From an uncultured bacterium (lineage in GTDB: Bacteria > Bacillota_I > Bacilli_A > RFN20 > CAG-826), in the NCBI GenBank assembly GCA_949299195.1, contig CASFZN010000017.1, positions 3,714 through 67,713 of the forward strand: a stretch of DNA of 64,000 bases. Reading direction: 5' to 3'. The position numbers were made by a program, and so were the translations under genes. This document shows positions 49,898-62,297 of this stretch, piece after piece. The notes beneath the pieces are model-generated. The model ran no database searches, was not told the origin of the DNA, and worked only from the letters and a program-made list of their open reading frames with translations. The stretch's first letter is position 1; each line of letters opens with the position of its first letter.

Positions 49898-51100
49898 CTA
49901 TTCTCCGCCTTTACATCTAACGAAATTATCGAATTCTTTGACCTCTTCCCAAGATTTAAACTTAGCGACAAAGAAAGAATCTCCCATATCATCTCTTAAT
50001 GCATAAGGGAATTCGCCATAAAAACATAAACTATTTTTATATTTTTCAATAATTTCTTCTTTTGAGTGTAAATATTTATACATATAACGACGGTGTGCGC
50101 TACATGCATAATATTTTTCTAAATCCATATTTTGACGGTTTTCATCATATGCCATAACATCAGCATATAATTGATAAATATCGATAGAATTCGCAAAATC
50201 AATCAAATCAGGAGTATATGCTCCAGCAACTCTAAAATTAGATTCAAGTGGAACAAACGTTCCTTTTGGCCCTAAATATGGATGATCTTCAGTTAATTTA
50301 AAGAATTCAAAATGGAAAAGTCTACGGTTTAAACCAAAAACTTCAACGCTTTTTCTTCCGGCTTCTAATAATGCATCAGGTATTTTTGGTAAGCAACAAT
50401 ACATATCATCAGTTGAAGAGTTAACAACATCAAAAGTTGGAGTCGCAAAATAGTGACAAGTATTAAAGATTACTTTTCCTTGTGAATTAGTAACTCCATC
50501 ATAAGAATAGAGCTCACCTTTAATATATTCTTCAAAAATATATTCTTTTTCAGGTGGCAAACTTGTTGCAAAATCTATAAGTTCGATTTCATTATCAATT
50601 TTCTTTCCACCTTGAGCACCAACTCCTACATTAGGTTTAGCAAAAATTGGGAATCCGACTTTAGAAGCGAATTCTTTTAATAAATCATGATCTTTAGTGA
50701 CAATATATCTAGCAGGTTTTAATCCAGCACGAATAAAATATTCTTTTTGGTTACATTTTTGCATTTTCCATGCTAAATCATTCTCATTAAAGGAAGTTTT
50801 AATTCCAAAAACATCTCTTAAACGAGCATCTTTGATTAACCAATATTCATTGTTGGATTCAATATATTCAATTTCTCCGTATTTATCTCTAAAATATTGA
50901 ACTGCTCTTTTTTCATTTTCAAAAGTATCCATGAAAGAACATAGATAATATTCTTCTAGCGCATACTTACATTGTTCAGGAAGCTCATTATATGGAGCGT
51001 CTCCTATTCCTAAAACGTTAAAGCCATGACTTTTTAAAGCCATACAAAACTTCCAGTAGGAATCTGGAAAATGTGGGGAAACAAAAATAAAATTTCTCAT
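49898..51100 (-). CDS. ATP-grasp domain protein of unknown function
   Basis: GFPIFAKPNVGVGA, EEYIKG, HFEFF, LESNFR. Confidence 0.82.
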   Translation of the reverse strand: MRNFIFVSPHFPDSYWKFCMALKSHGFNVLGIGDAPYNELPEQCKYALEEYYLCSFMDTFENEKRAVQYFRDKYGEIEYIESNNEYWLIKDARLRDVFGIKTSFNENDLAWKMQKCNQKEYFIRAGLKPARYIVTKDHDLLKEFASKVGFPIFAKPNVGVGAQGGKKIDNEIELIDFATSLPPEKEYIFEEYIKGELYSYDGVTNSQGKVIFNTCHYFATPTFDVVNSSTDDMYCCLPKIPDALLEAGRKSVEVFGLNRRLFHFEFFKLTEDHPYLGPKGTFVPLESNFRVAGAYTPDLIDFANSIDIYQLYADVMAYDENRQNMDLEKYYACSAHRRYMYKYLHSKEEIIEKYKNSLCFYGEFPYALRDDMGDSFFVAKFKSWEEVKEFDNFVRCKGGE

Positions 51101-51128
51101 AAACCAAAATACCTTTATATAGACTATT

Positions 51129-53862
<2,734 letters not shown>

Positions 53863-53876
<14 letters not shown>

Positions 53877-55389
53877 TATGTAAATCTAATTCACCTTTAA
53901 ATTCTTCAATAATTTTTCTTAGTTCATCTCTTTGAGGTTTTTTAATGTCTTTTGTTTTGTCAATTTCATCTAATAGTGATTTATAATGAGTAGAAATTCT
54001 TAAATATAATTTCTTTAAAAATGGCTTAATATACGCAATTTCTAAATCATCTAAATATCTATTTTTAGCAGCGAAAAGATAGACTACTTCTTCTAAATAA
54101 GAAAGTGGGGAGTTTTGATTTTGTTTTAAAACTTCCATTAAAGCTTTACCATGTCTGATAATATCCTTTGTATTTTCATCTAAATCACTACCAAATTGAG
54201 TAAATGCTAATAAATCATTAAAGTTAGCAATTTCCATTTTTAAAGATGAAGAAACTTTTTTAACACCTTTAAATTGAGCAGCACTTCCAACACGAGAAAC
54301 TGATAAACCAATATCAATAGCAGGACGTTGCCCAGCATTAAATAAGTCAGTTTTCAAGAAAATTTGACCATCAGTAATTGAGATGACATTAGTAGGAATA
54401 TAACTAGAAATATCTCCAGCTTGAGTTTCAACAATTGGTAAAGCAGTGATACTTCCGCCGCCATTTTTCTCGTTTAATTTAACACATCTTTCTAATAATC
54501 TTGAATGTAAATAGAAGATATCACCTGGATAAGCTTCTCTTCCTGGACTTCTTTTAAGTAATAAGGATAAAGCACGATAACTAACGGCGTGTTTTGATAA
54601 ATCATCAAAAACAATCAAGACGTCTTTTCCTTGTTTACACCAATATTCAGCCATGGTGACACCTGTATAAGGAGCAATATATTGAAGAGGCGAAATCTCT
54701 GAAGCGGTAGCGTTAACTATAACGCTATATTCCATTGATCCGTTTCTTTCTAATTTTTCATAGATTGCTGCAACATTGGCATTTTTTTGACCGATTGCAA
54801 CATAAATACAAATAACATCTCTTCCTTTTTGATTTAAAATTGTATCGATAGCAATCGTTGTTTTTCCAGTTTGTCTATCACCGATCAATAATTCTCTTTG
54901 TCCCTTTCCAATAGGAATCATTGAATCGATTGTTAAAATACCAGTTTCTAAAGGTTCATTAACGCTTTCTCTTGCCATTATTCCAGGAGCAATCTTTTCA
55001 ATAGGTGAAGTTTCTTTATAATCGATTTCTCCTTTTCCATCAATTGGGCGTCCTAAAGCATCAACGACTCTTCCTAAAAGCGCGTCTCCCACAGGACAAG
55101 CGATAACTTCTTTTGTTCTTTTAACCTTATCACCTTCTTTGATGGTGTTAGTGTTTTTAAGTAAAGCTACTAAAACACTATCTTCTTCTAAATTCATGAC
55201 AATTCCATAATCATCATCATTAAAAAGAATTAATTCTCCTAACATTGCTTTTTCAAGTCCATAAATTAAAGCGATGCCATCGCCAATTGTAACGACAGTT
55301 CCAATATCGTTTGATTTTTTAATATCATTTTCAAATTCTTTAATTTCTTCTTTGATTAAAAGCGAGATTTTGTTTGCGTTAATTCCCAT
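53863..55389 (-). CDS. atpA: ATP synthase F1 alpha
   Basis: [30 protein letters not shown]. Confidence 0.98.
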
Positions 55390-55392
55390 AAT

Positions 55393-55926
55393 TTATTCCT
55401 TCACCAAGTAATTTTTTAAACTATCTAACTTTGTTTTTATCGATGCATCATAAATATTATTTTTTAAAACTACCTTAAAACCGCCGATTAAATCGGGTTT
55501 TATTACAATATTTAAGTCGATTCTTTTATTCAAATCTTTTTCGATGGTTTCTATTATTTTTTTAATGTCTTCGTCGCTAGGCTTTTTAGCAACATATAAT
55601 GTTCCAGACTCGATATTTAAATAATCATCAAATCGATATAAGGATTCTTTAATAATTTCATACATATAAAAAGATATATTGTTTTTAACAATAACTTTTA
55701 AAAATGAACGTGTATGAGAAGATAAATCTTTAAAACTACGATCAATAAGATCGTATTTTTCATTTAAAGAGATATTTTTGCCATATAAAATTCGTTGATA
55801 TTCTTTATTTTCTTTTAAAACATTTTTTAGAATTTTTAACTCTTCACGGTCATTATTAACGCTTTTTTCTTGTATCGATAAATCTAAAAAAGCTATGGCG
55901 TAACGATTAAAAATATAATTTTCCAT
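55393..55926 (-). CDS. atpH: ATP synthase F1 delta
   Basis: RYAIAF, LIGGF, YDASIK; operon position. Confidence 0.9.
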   Translation of the reverse strand: MENYIFNRYAIAFLDLSIQEKSVNNDREELKILKNVLKENKEYQRILYGKNISLNEKYDLIDRSFKDLSSHTRSFLKVIVKNNISFYMYEIIKESLYRFDDYLNIESGTLYVAKKPSDEDIKKIIETIEKDLNKRIDLNIVIKPDLIGGFKVVLKNNIYDASIKTKLDSLKNYLVKE

Positions 55927-55928
55927 TT

Positions 55929-56525
55929 TTATTTACTAGTATTTTTGACAAAGTCATCGATAATTTTTTTATTGTCGCTATCATTTACTTCACGTTCTAG
56001 GATCTTAGAACTCATCTTTATTGCAACATCAGAAATCTCATTTTTGAGTTCTTTTTCAGCCTCTTTTTGATTTCTTTCAATTTGAACATTGGCTTCTTCG
56101 ATTTTTTTAGTAGCTTCTAAATTTGCACTAACTAAGATTTTATCTTTTTCTTCATTAGCTTCTTTAATAGAATCTTCGATAATCTTCGAAGCTTTTTGAT
56201 GTGCTAAGGCTACTTCTTTCTTACTATTTAATAAATTTTCTTCACTTTCTTTTTTATTTTTAAAAGTGTCTTTAACTTCTTTATCCATGAGTTCTTGTCT
56301 TTTTTCGATATATTTTTTAATTGGTTTATAAGCGAAAATAAAGATTAAGATAATCATGATGATAAAGGCGATAAATTGCACCAAAAAATCCCAGACATTA
56401 GGGAAAATTTTGTCTGCCACGCTATCACTAATATTAAAATACTCACTTAAATCGCAACTACTTAAAAATAGTGATGAAGGTAATAAAAGTAAGATTTTTA
56501 ATAACCCTTTATTCTTTTTAAACAT
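55929..56525 (-). CDS. atpF: ATP synthase F0 subunit b
   Basis: TM followed by YKPI...RQ and charged coiled coil; operon position. Confidence 0.92.
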   Translation of the reverse strand: MFKKNKGLLKILLLLPSSLFLSSCDLSEYFNISDSVADKIFPNVWDFLVQFIAFIIMIILIFIFAYKPIKKYIEKRQELMDKEVKDTFKNKKESEENLLNSKKEVALAHQKASKIIEDSIKEANEEKDKILVSANLEATKKIEEANVQIERNQKEAEKELKNEISDVAIKMSSKILEREVNDSDNKKIIDDFVKNTSK

Positions 56526-56540
56526 AAAAAATTAAATAAA

Positions 56541-56816
56541 TTAAATAAATAAAAGTAAAATAGCGAGTAATAAACAATAAATTGCAGTAGTTTCTGTTAA
56601 AGCACAACCTAAGATCATTCCGGTTCTTAATTTAGAATACATCTCTGGGTTTCTACTCATTGAATTAACAGCACATGCACAAATATAACCTTCACCTAAA
56701 CCTGAAGCCATCATTGAAATACCACACATTCCAATTGCAATATAAGCAAATGAACGATCAGTAAAGGTAGATTCAAAGATCATAAGGGTTTGTGCTAAAT
56801 TCATTAAAAATTCCAT
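56541..56816 (-). CDS. atpE: ATP synthase F0 subunit c
   Basis: GLGEG, RNPE loop, ETTAIY. Confidence 0.95.
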   Translation of the reverse strand: MEFLMNLAQTLMIFESTFTDRSFAYIAIGMCGISMMASGLGEGYICACAVNSMSRNPEMYSKLRTGMILGCALTETTAIYCLLLAILLLFI

Positions 56817-56819
56817 AAA

Positions 56820-57650
56820 CTAAGCCTCCTTTTGAATTTGTTCAGCACTGATTTTATCAATAATTTTATCCTCATCTTCATCGTTTTGTTCTTGAGCGAT
56901 AAAAATCATTGTTAACATTGAGAAAACAAGAGTTTGAATAGCGGAGCTAATCAAATCAAAATAAACATGGAAAATAGGGGTGATTAAAGGAGCCAAAATT
57001 ATATCTGGACCCTGTATTCCTCCTCCAGTTGCCATTCCAAAAATCGGTCTAAAAATATCGGCACTTAAAGCTTCTAATGCGCCATAAAATAAAGCCATTA
57101 TACAGAACCCACTTAAAGCATTACCAAACATACGTAAAGTTAAAGATAAAAGCGGAGCCCACATTGTAATAAGATTAATTGGTAAAAATACTGGGAAAGG
57201 ATCGATATATCTTCTAAAATATCCCCATTTATTCGTTTTTACTGCGGTTGCATGAATTAAAATAAAAGTCCAAGCGGTAACCGATAAAGGCATAACAATA
57301 TAAGTAAATGGACTTGATAAACCAGTTAATCCAAAAGAAAAACCAAAGAAAACATATAAGACAAGTCCAAACATATAACCTGAAAAATTGCGATTCTTTT
57401 CGCCCATTGTTGAAGTAACAAAGTTTTGAATTACATTAAAAAACCATACTCCTAAAAAAACTAATCCTTTAGGTTTTTTTAATGGATCTTTCATCGCATG
57501 TTTAAAGGTGAAGAAAATAACTAATGAAAAAAGAATTAAAATCAACATTAAAACAAGCGAAAAGAAAATTTCGTTTCTAACATTAAATTTAAGTAATTTA
57601 TCGATTATTTCGCTACTTTCGATATATGTATTAACGCTATTAACTATCAT
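56820..57650 (-). CDS. atpB: ATP synthase F0 subunit a
   Basis: SLTLRMFGN, H.YFD, IQTLVF.MLT. Confidence 0.95.
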   Translation of the reverse strand: MIVNSVNTYIESSEIIDKLLKFNVRNEIFFSLVLMLILILFSLVIFFTFKHAMKDPLKKPKGLVFLGVWFFNVIQNFVTSTMGEKNRNFSGYMFGLVLYVFFGFSFGLTGLSSPFTYIVMPLSVTAWTFILIHATAVKTNKWGYFRRYIDPFPVFLPINLITMWAPLLSLTLRMFGNALSGFCIMALFYGALEALSADIFRPIFGMATGGGIQGPDIILAPLITPIFHVYFDLISSAIQTLVFSMLTMIFIAQEQNDEDEDKIIDKISAEQIQKEA

Positions 57651-58023
57651 ATTTACTTCTAAAAATAACTACCATTAAATTCAGAAATATTGGAATTAAT
57701 CCAAGCAATAAATATAAATAAGGATATATTTCACCGCTATTTTGATTTAAAAAATAGATACATAAAGCACTTAAAACTAATCCAATTCCTAAAAGTAAAA
57801 ATCTAAAAAATCCCATTAACATGAATGAAATTTTAGAGTCTTCTCCTTCTTTTTTAGCACTATATAAATTTATCAACACTACGAAATATGTAAAAAATGA
57901 GGTAATAGAAAGTACAATTAGTGGCTCATAGACATTAAATGCTATTCCAGTTAAAGAAATCACAATCAAAATTAATGAAACAAGGATATAAACTAACTGC
58001 GCCCTCAAACATGTTTTGAACAT
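57640..58023 (-). CDS. Small membrane protein in atpI position (AtpI-like)
   Basis: 4 TM, 'FFRFLL', first gene of atp operon. Confidence 0.6.
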   Translation of the reverse strand: MFKTCLRAQLVYILVSLILIVISLTGIAFNVYEPLIVLSITSFFTYFVVLINLYSAKKEGEDSKISFMLMGFFRFLLLGIGLVLSALCIYFLNQNSGEIYPYLYLLLGLIPIFLNLMVVIFRSKYDS

Positions 58024-58157
58024 CCATAATATTATAAATTATTAAAAGATTTTGTCCACACCTAGAGGGGTTAAAAATCTACTTAAACTTTATACTTTTT
58101 TCCTTTATAATAATTGAACCAGCAAATTTTATATATAAAATTTAGAAAGGAAAAATT

Positions 58158-59801
58158 ATGAGTTTTGAAGTTACAATTAATAATGATGTAAGACACTTTG
58201 AAAAGAAAGTGCGTTTAAAAGACTTAACTAACGGCAATTATAATTATATTGGAGCCTTAGTTAATGGAAGAGTTCGTGAACTTGATTACGATTTACATTA
58301 CACTTCTAATGTTAAATTCTTAACAACTAGTGATTCAATAGCCAGTGGAATCTATGAAAGAGGTATCCGCTATCTTTTTGTTATGGCTGTTAAAAGAATT
58401 TATCCGGAATTAAGTTTTAGACTATCATATTCTATTTCTAGATCGATTTATGCTCATGAAATAGATGATAAAAAATTAACCCAACAAATGGTTAAAAAAA
58501 TCGAACAAGAAATGAGAAATATTGTCGAAAAAGACTATATTTTTGAAAGAATTATTATTTCTAATGAAGAGGCTGAAAAATTATATCAAGAAACTAGAAG
58601 GGTTGATAAAATTGAGATTTTAAAATATCGTCCTGAAAAAACAGTCCATATTTATAAATGTGATGGATATTTAAACTATATGTATGGAAAAACGGTCCCT
58701 TCAACCGGTTATTTAAAAGATTTTAAATTGATTTATTATCCACCTGGAATCTTAATTCAATATCCTCGTAGTGAATTTAATGGAAAAATCCCACCATTTA
58801 AAGATGAACCAATCTTTAGTGACACTTTAGGAGGTGCTGATGCTTGGAGTAATTTAGTTAACTTATCAACTATTGCTGAAATTAATAAGCTTGCAGTTGA
58901 ATATGAAGGAACAAATATCATCAATATCTGTGAAAATAGGCATAATAGAATGCTTGTTGAACTAGGACAAAAAATCTACGATAACATCGGATCTATTCGT
59001 CTTATTTGTATCGCTGGTCCTTCAAGTAGCGGTAAGACTACTTTCAGTGATCGATTAACCCTTGAACTTATCTCTAGAGGTATCAATCCAATTAGAATCT
59101 CACTTGATGATTATTATAAAGATAGAGAAGATGTACCTTTAGATGAATTTGGAGAACCAGATTTTGAATCTTTAGATGCTTTAGATGTTGATTTATTTAA
59201 TGAAAACTTAGTTGATTTACTTAGTGGCGAAGAGGTTGGAATGCCTCGATTTGATTTCCAACTCAAAAAGAGAGTCTATGATAAAAGAATTAAAATTGAA
59301 AAAGGACAACCTATTATTATTGAAGGAATTCATGCTTTAAATGAAGCTTTGACTCCTTTAATTCCTAAATCAATAAAATATAAGATTTATATTTCTCCTC
59401 AAGCTCAAATCAATTTGGATAACGAAAACCCAATTTCATTAACTGATATTAGACTTATTAGACGAATTGTTAGAGATTCAAAATATCGTAATTCTTCAGC
59501 TGAAGATACCTTATCAATGTGGCCTTCAGTAAGAAGAGGAGAATTTAAATGGATCTATCAAACTCAAGAAGAGGCAGATTATGTTTTTGACTCCTTCTTA
59601 AATTATGAATTATGCGTCTTAAAAAAATATGCCTATCCATTAATCAATAAAATCGATAAAGATGGGCCATTTGGACCAGATGCTGAAAGATTATTAAAAT
59701 TACTTAAATATTTTGTCGATTTAGATGAAAAATATATCCCTTGTAATTCAATTCTTAAGGAATTTATTGGGGGTTCTTGTTATCGTGATGCTGGGTTTTA
59801 A
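58158..59801 (+). CDS. Uridine/nucleoside kinase with N-terminal ThrRS-like (TGS/N2) domain
   Basis: ALVNGRVREL, IAGPSSSGKTT, SLDDYY, EGIHAL, RLIRRIVRD, EFIGGS. Confidence 0.88.
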   Translation: MSFEVTINNDVRHFEKKVRLKDLTNGNYNYIGALVNGRVRELDYDLHYTSNVKFLTTSDSIASGIYERGIRYLFVMAVKRIYPELSFRLSYSISRSIYAHEIDDKKLTQQMVKKIEQEMRNIVEKDYIFERIIISNEEAEKLYQETRRVDKIEILKYRPEKTVHIYKCDGYLNYMYGKTVPSTGYLKDFKLIYYPPGILIQYPRSEFNGKIPPFKDEPIFSDTLGGADAWSNLVNLSTIAEINKLAVEYEGTNIINICENRHNRMLVELGQKIYDNIGSIRLICIAGPSSSGKTTFSDRLTLELISRGINPIRISLDDYYKDREDVPLDEFGEPDFESLDALDVDLFNENLVDLLSGEEVGMPRFDFQLKKRVYDKRIKIEKGQPIIIEGIHALNEALTPLIPKSIKYKIYISPQAQINLDNENPISLTDIRLIRRIVRDSKYRNSSAEDTLSMWPSVRRGEFKWIYQTQEEADYVFDSFLNYELCVLKKYAYPLINKIDKDGPFGPDAERLLKLLKYFVDLDEKYIPCNSILKEFIGGSCYRDAGF

Positions 59802-60927
59802 TCTTCACAAATTTATTAACATATTGAAGATTAAGTGACTTATGAATAACGAGTAATTCATTCATATAAACATTTCTTAAATTCAAATATCTAGCGTATT
59901 CTTCTTCGGTGGCGATTTCTTTATAGAAGGTATTAAAAACACTTTCGAGTCTAAAGAAACTTTCATATAAATTAATCATTGTAATTAGAAAATAATATTC
60001 TCTATTAGAATAGATTAAAAGCGGAGAAGAATGCGCTATTTCACTAGATAATTCATATATTTTAGAATATTTTTTTAATCCAGCCATATTCTCAACGCCA
60101 TCTCTAAAGTTAAGTTTATAATCAACTAAATATTCTTTATCCTTGATTGCAAAAAGATAGCCATATTCGATAAATTTTTTCATATCTTTACTTTTTAAGC
60201 CTTTTTCTTTCATCTTTTCTTTAATCTCGGCGAATATTTCGTCGGTTTTTTCTTTGCTTTTGATTTGGCCTCGATATGCTAAAGAATATTCAATATGTCT
60301 AAAATAGGCATCAAATACATCTTTTCCGTTTAATACTAGTACATATAATATCGATTCATTTTCATGTGTAGTTCTCCAGGTTGAAAAAGCCTCGACATCA
60401 AAACCATTAATTAAAAGATTTTGAATACATTGAGATAAAGAAAATGAATTTTTAAGCATATCTTTAATTAATCTTTGATATTTATCGTATTCAACGTTTT
60501 GGCGGTTAAGGATGTTTAAACAGAAGTTCAAATATAAGGCCATGGTTGAAATTTGAGGATTAAATTTATTTAAATATGCTTGAGATTTATAGTTTAATTG
60601 TTCATTTGTAAGATATTTATCGCAAATAACTGAACATAAATAATGATAAAAATCCTCATCCTGAAGCATTTTTTCAATACTTACTTTCTCTCCCCATCTA
60701 ATTGAATGAGCAAACTTAATTTCATTTAAAATATATAAAAGAACAACGATTGGATTAACAAAGTTAAACTCTTTAAATTCACTTTGTTTTAAAACAGTTT
60801 CAATCGCTTCAGTAACTGTTTCATATATGTCATATAAAAGATCGCTAGAATCTAAAAAATCTTGTTCTACATTAAGTCTTTTTAAGGTGCTATCGAATTG
60901 AGGTTTATTTATCTTCATTACGTTCAT
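59764..60927 (-). CDS. Hypothetical helical protein, DUF5677-like
   Basis: A...WRT.HE and YELSSEIAHSS motifs. Confidence 0.6.
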   Translation of the reverse strand: MNVMKINKPQFDSTLKRLNVEQDFLDSSDLLYDIYETVTEAIETVLKQSEFKEFNFVNPIVVLLYILNEIKFAHSIRWGEKVSIEKMLQDEDFYHYLCSVICDKYLTNEQLNYKSQAYLNKFNPQISTMALYLNFCLNILNRQNVEYDKYQRLIKDMLKNSFSLSQCIQNLLINGFDVEAFSTWRTTHENESILYVLVLNGKDVFDAYFRHIEYSLAYRGQIKSKEKTDEIFAEIKEKMKEKGLKSKDMKKFIEYGYLFAIKDKEYLVDYKLNFRDGVENMAGLKKYSKIYELSSEIAHSSPLLIYSNREYYFLITMINLYESFFRLESVFNTFYKEIATEEEYARYLNLRNVYMNELLVIHKSLNLQYVNKFVKIKTQHHDNKNPQ

Positions 60928-60964
60928 AGTATCTATTATTTTATAATAGTTTAATTATTTTTGC

Positions 60965-62293
60965 TTATACTTTTAGATTTAAATAAAAAAGGGATGAAAT
61001 AGAGTGTAATTTTCCTTCAATTTGTAGAGGATATTTTACTCTCTTATCCAGTAAGATAACCGTTTCTTTAGCTTTTTCTTTAATTTTAGTTAAAACAACA
61101 TAATTTTCTTTTAAAATTTCAAAAAGCAGCGCATTATCAATCTTATCTTTATTTTCATAAATAGTAGGAATAATAACAATTTCATCAGTTTCTTTAATTT
61201 CATTTAAATGTGAGAAATCATCGATAGTTATCTTTGATTTATTATCCATTAAAACAGAAAAAGTCATCATCGATAAATAAAAAATAAATAAATTTATAGA
61301 TGTTAAATTATAATGAGGATTCTTTTTTAATGAATCTTTAAAAAATTCGATAAAATCCTTTTCTTTTTTATGCTTACTAAGAAATAAGTAAGGTTTATTT
61401 TCATTGTCTTCTTTCTTATTTTCTAAAAAGATTTTAAGGACTTTTTTATAGTTTTTCCTATCACATTTTCTTAAAATTGAACGTAATAAAATAAATGAGT
61501 TTAATTCAATAAATCGACAAGAATCATTAAAATTAGTTTCCACGTGGAAACTTTTTTCAAATTCTAATGCTTTCTGCATCTCTTTCGTCGACTCAAAAAG
61601 AAATAAAACATTCTTTCCGCCACTATTTACTTTGGAAATTGTATTTTTAATAAAATAAATTACGCACTCGATTTTAAGATCGACTTCTTCTATTTTTATA
61701 TCTTTTAAATAATCTCCAAAAAAGATATCTTCTAAAACAATATCTTTGTTATTTTTTATATTTTTTGTATATGTTTGAAGAATTATATTTAAGTTTAAAA
61801 TTTTTCTTAAAGTTGAAACATTTTTAAAATTATTTATCGTTGCTGAAAGATAAGAAAATAAAGGGAGATTGCTTTTAAAAGGTAAAAACTTTTGATATTG
61901 GTATTTATATAAAAAATTGATAATGATGCACTTTTTTCGATCATTATCTTTAACATCTTTTTTTATTATCTTAAATGTTTCTTTATAAAATAAAGATTTT
62001 AATCTTTTGTATCTATCTAAATACTTATTTTTGGTGTTTTTATCTTCAATTTCATCGATTATTCTTTTAATTATTAGTAAAATTCTATTTTTCTTATTAT
62101 CTTTAAAGTTTTCAATTGTTGCTAATTCACTAAAAATTAATTCTAAATATCTCGTTGAATATACGATTTCATGTTTTTTAGTAAGGGATACTTCTTCTAA
62201 TTCAATATCATAAATTTTAAGCTCATTTAGGCTCATTAAATATTGTCGAATTAATTTAAAATCCGTTTCAACTTTATATATTTTTAGCATCAA
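60965..62293 (-). CDS. Hypothetical K/I/F/L-rich protein
   Basis: 442-codon ORF 4 bp downstream of glpK; no recognisable motif. Confidence 0.6.
   Translation of the reverse strand: MMLKIYKVETDFKLIRQYLMSLNELKIYDIELEEVSLTKKHEIVYSTRYLELIFSELATIENFKDNKKNRILLIIKRIIDEIEDKNTKNKYLDRYKRLKSLFYKETFKIIKKDVKDNDRKKCIIINFLYKYQYQKFLPFKSNLPLFSYLSATINNFKNVSTLRKILNLNIILQTYTKNIKNNKDIVLEDIFFGDYLKDIKIEEVDLKIECVIYFIKNTISKVNSGGKNVLFLFESTKEMQKALEFEKSFHVETNFNDSCRFIELNSFILLRSILRKCDRKNYKKVLKIFLENKKEDNENKPYLFLSKHKKEKDFIEFFKDSLKKNPHYNLTSINLFIFYLSMMTFSVLMDNKSKITIDDFSHLNEIKETDEIVIIPTIYENKDKIDNALLFEILKENYVVLTKIKEKAKETVILLDKRVKYPLQIEGKLHSISSLFYLNLKV
61370..61552. repeat. Composite palindromic element, copy 5 (intragenic)
   Basis: ATGCTTACTAAGAAATAAGTAAG (61370-61392) and AGTTTCCACGTGGAAACT (61535-61552). 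Confidence 0.75.
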
Positions 62294-62297
62294 TTAC

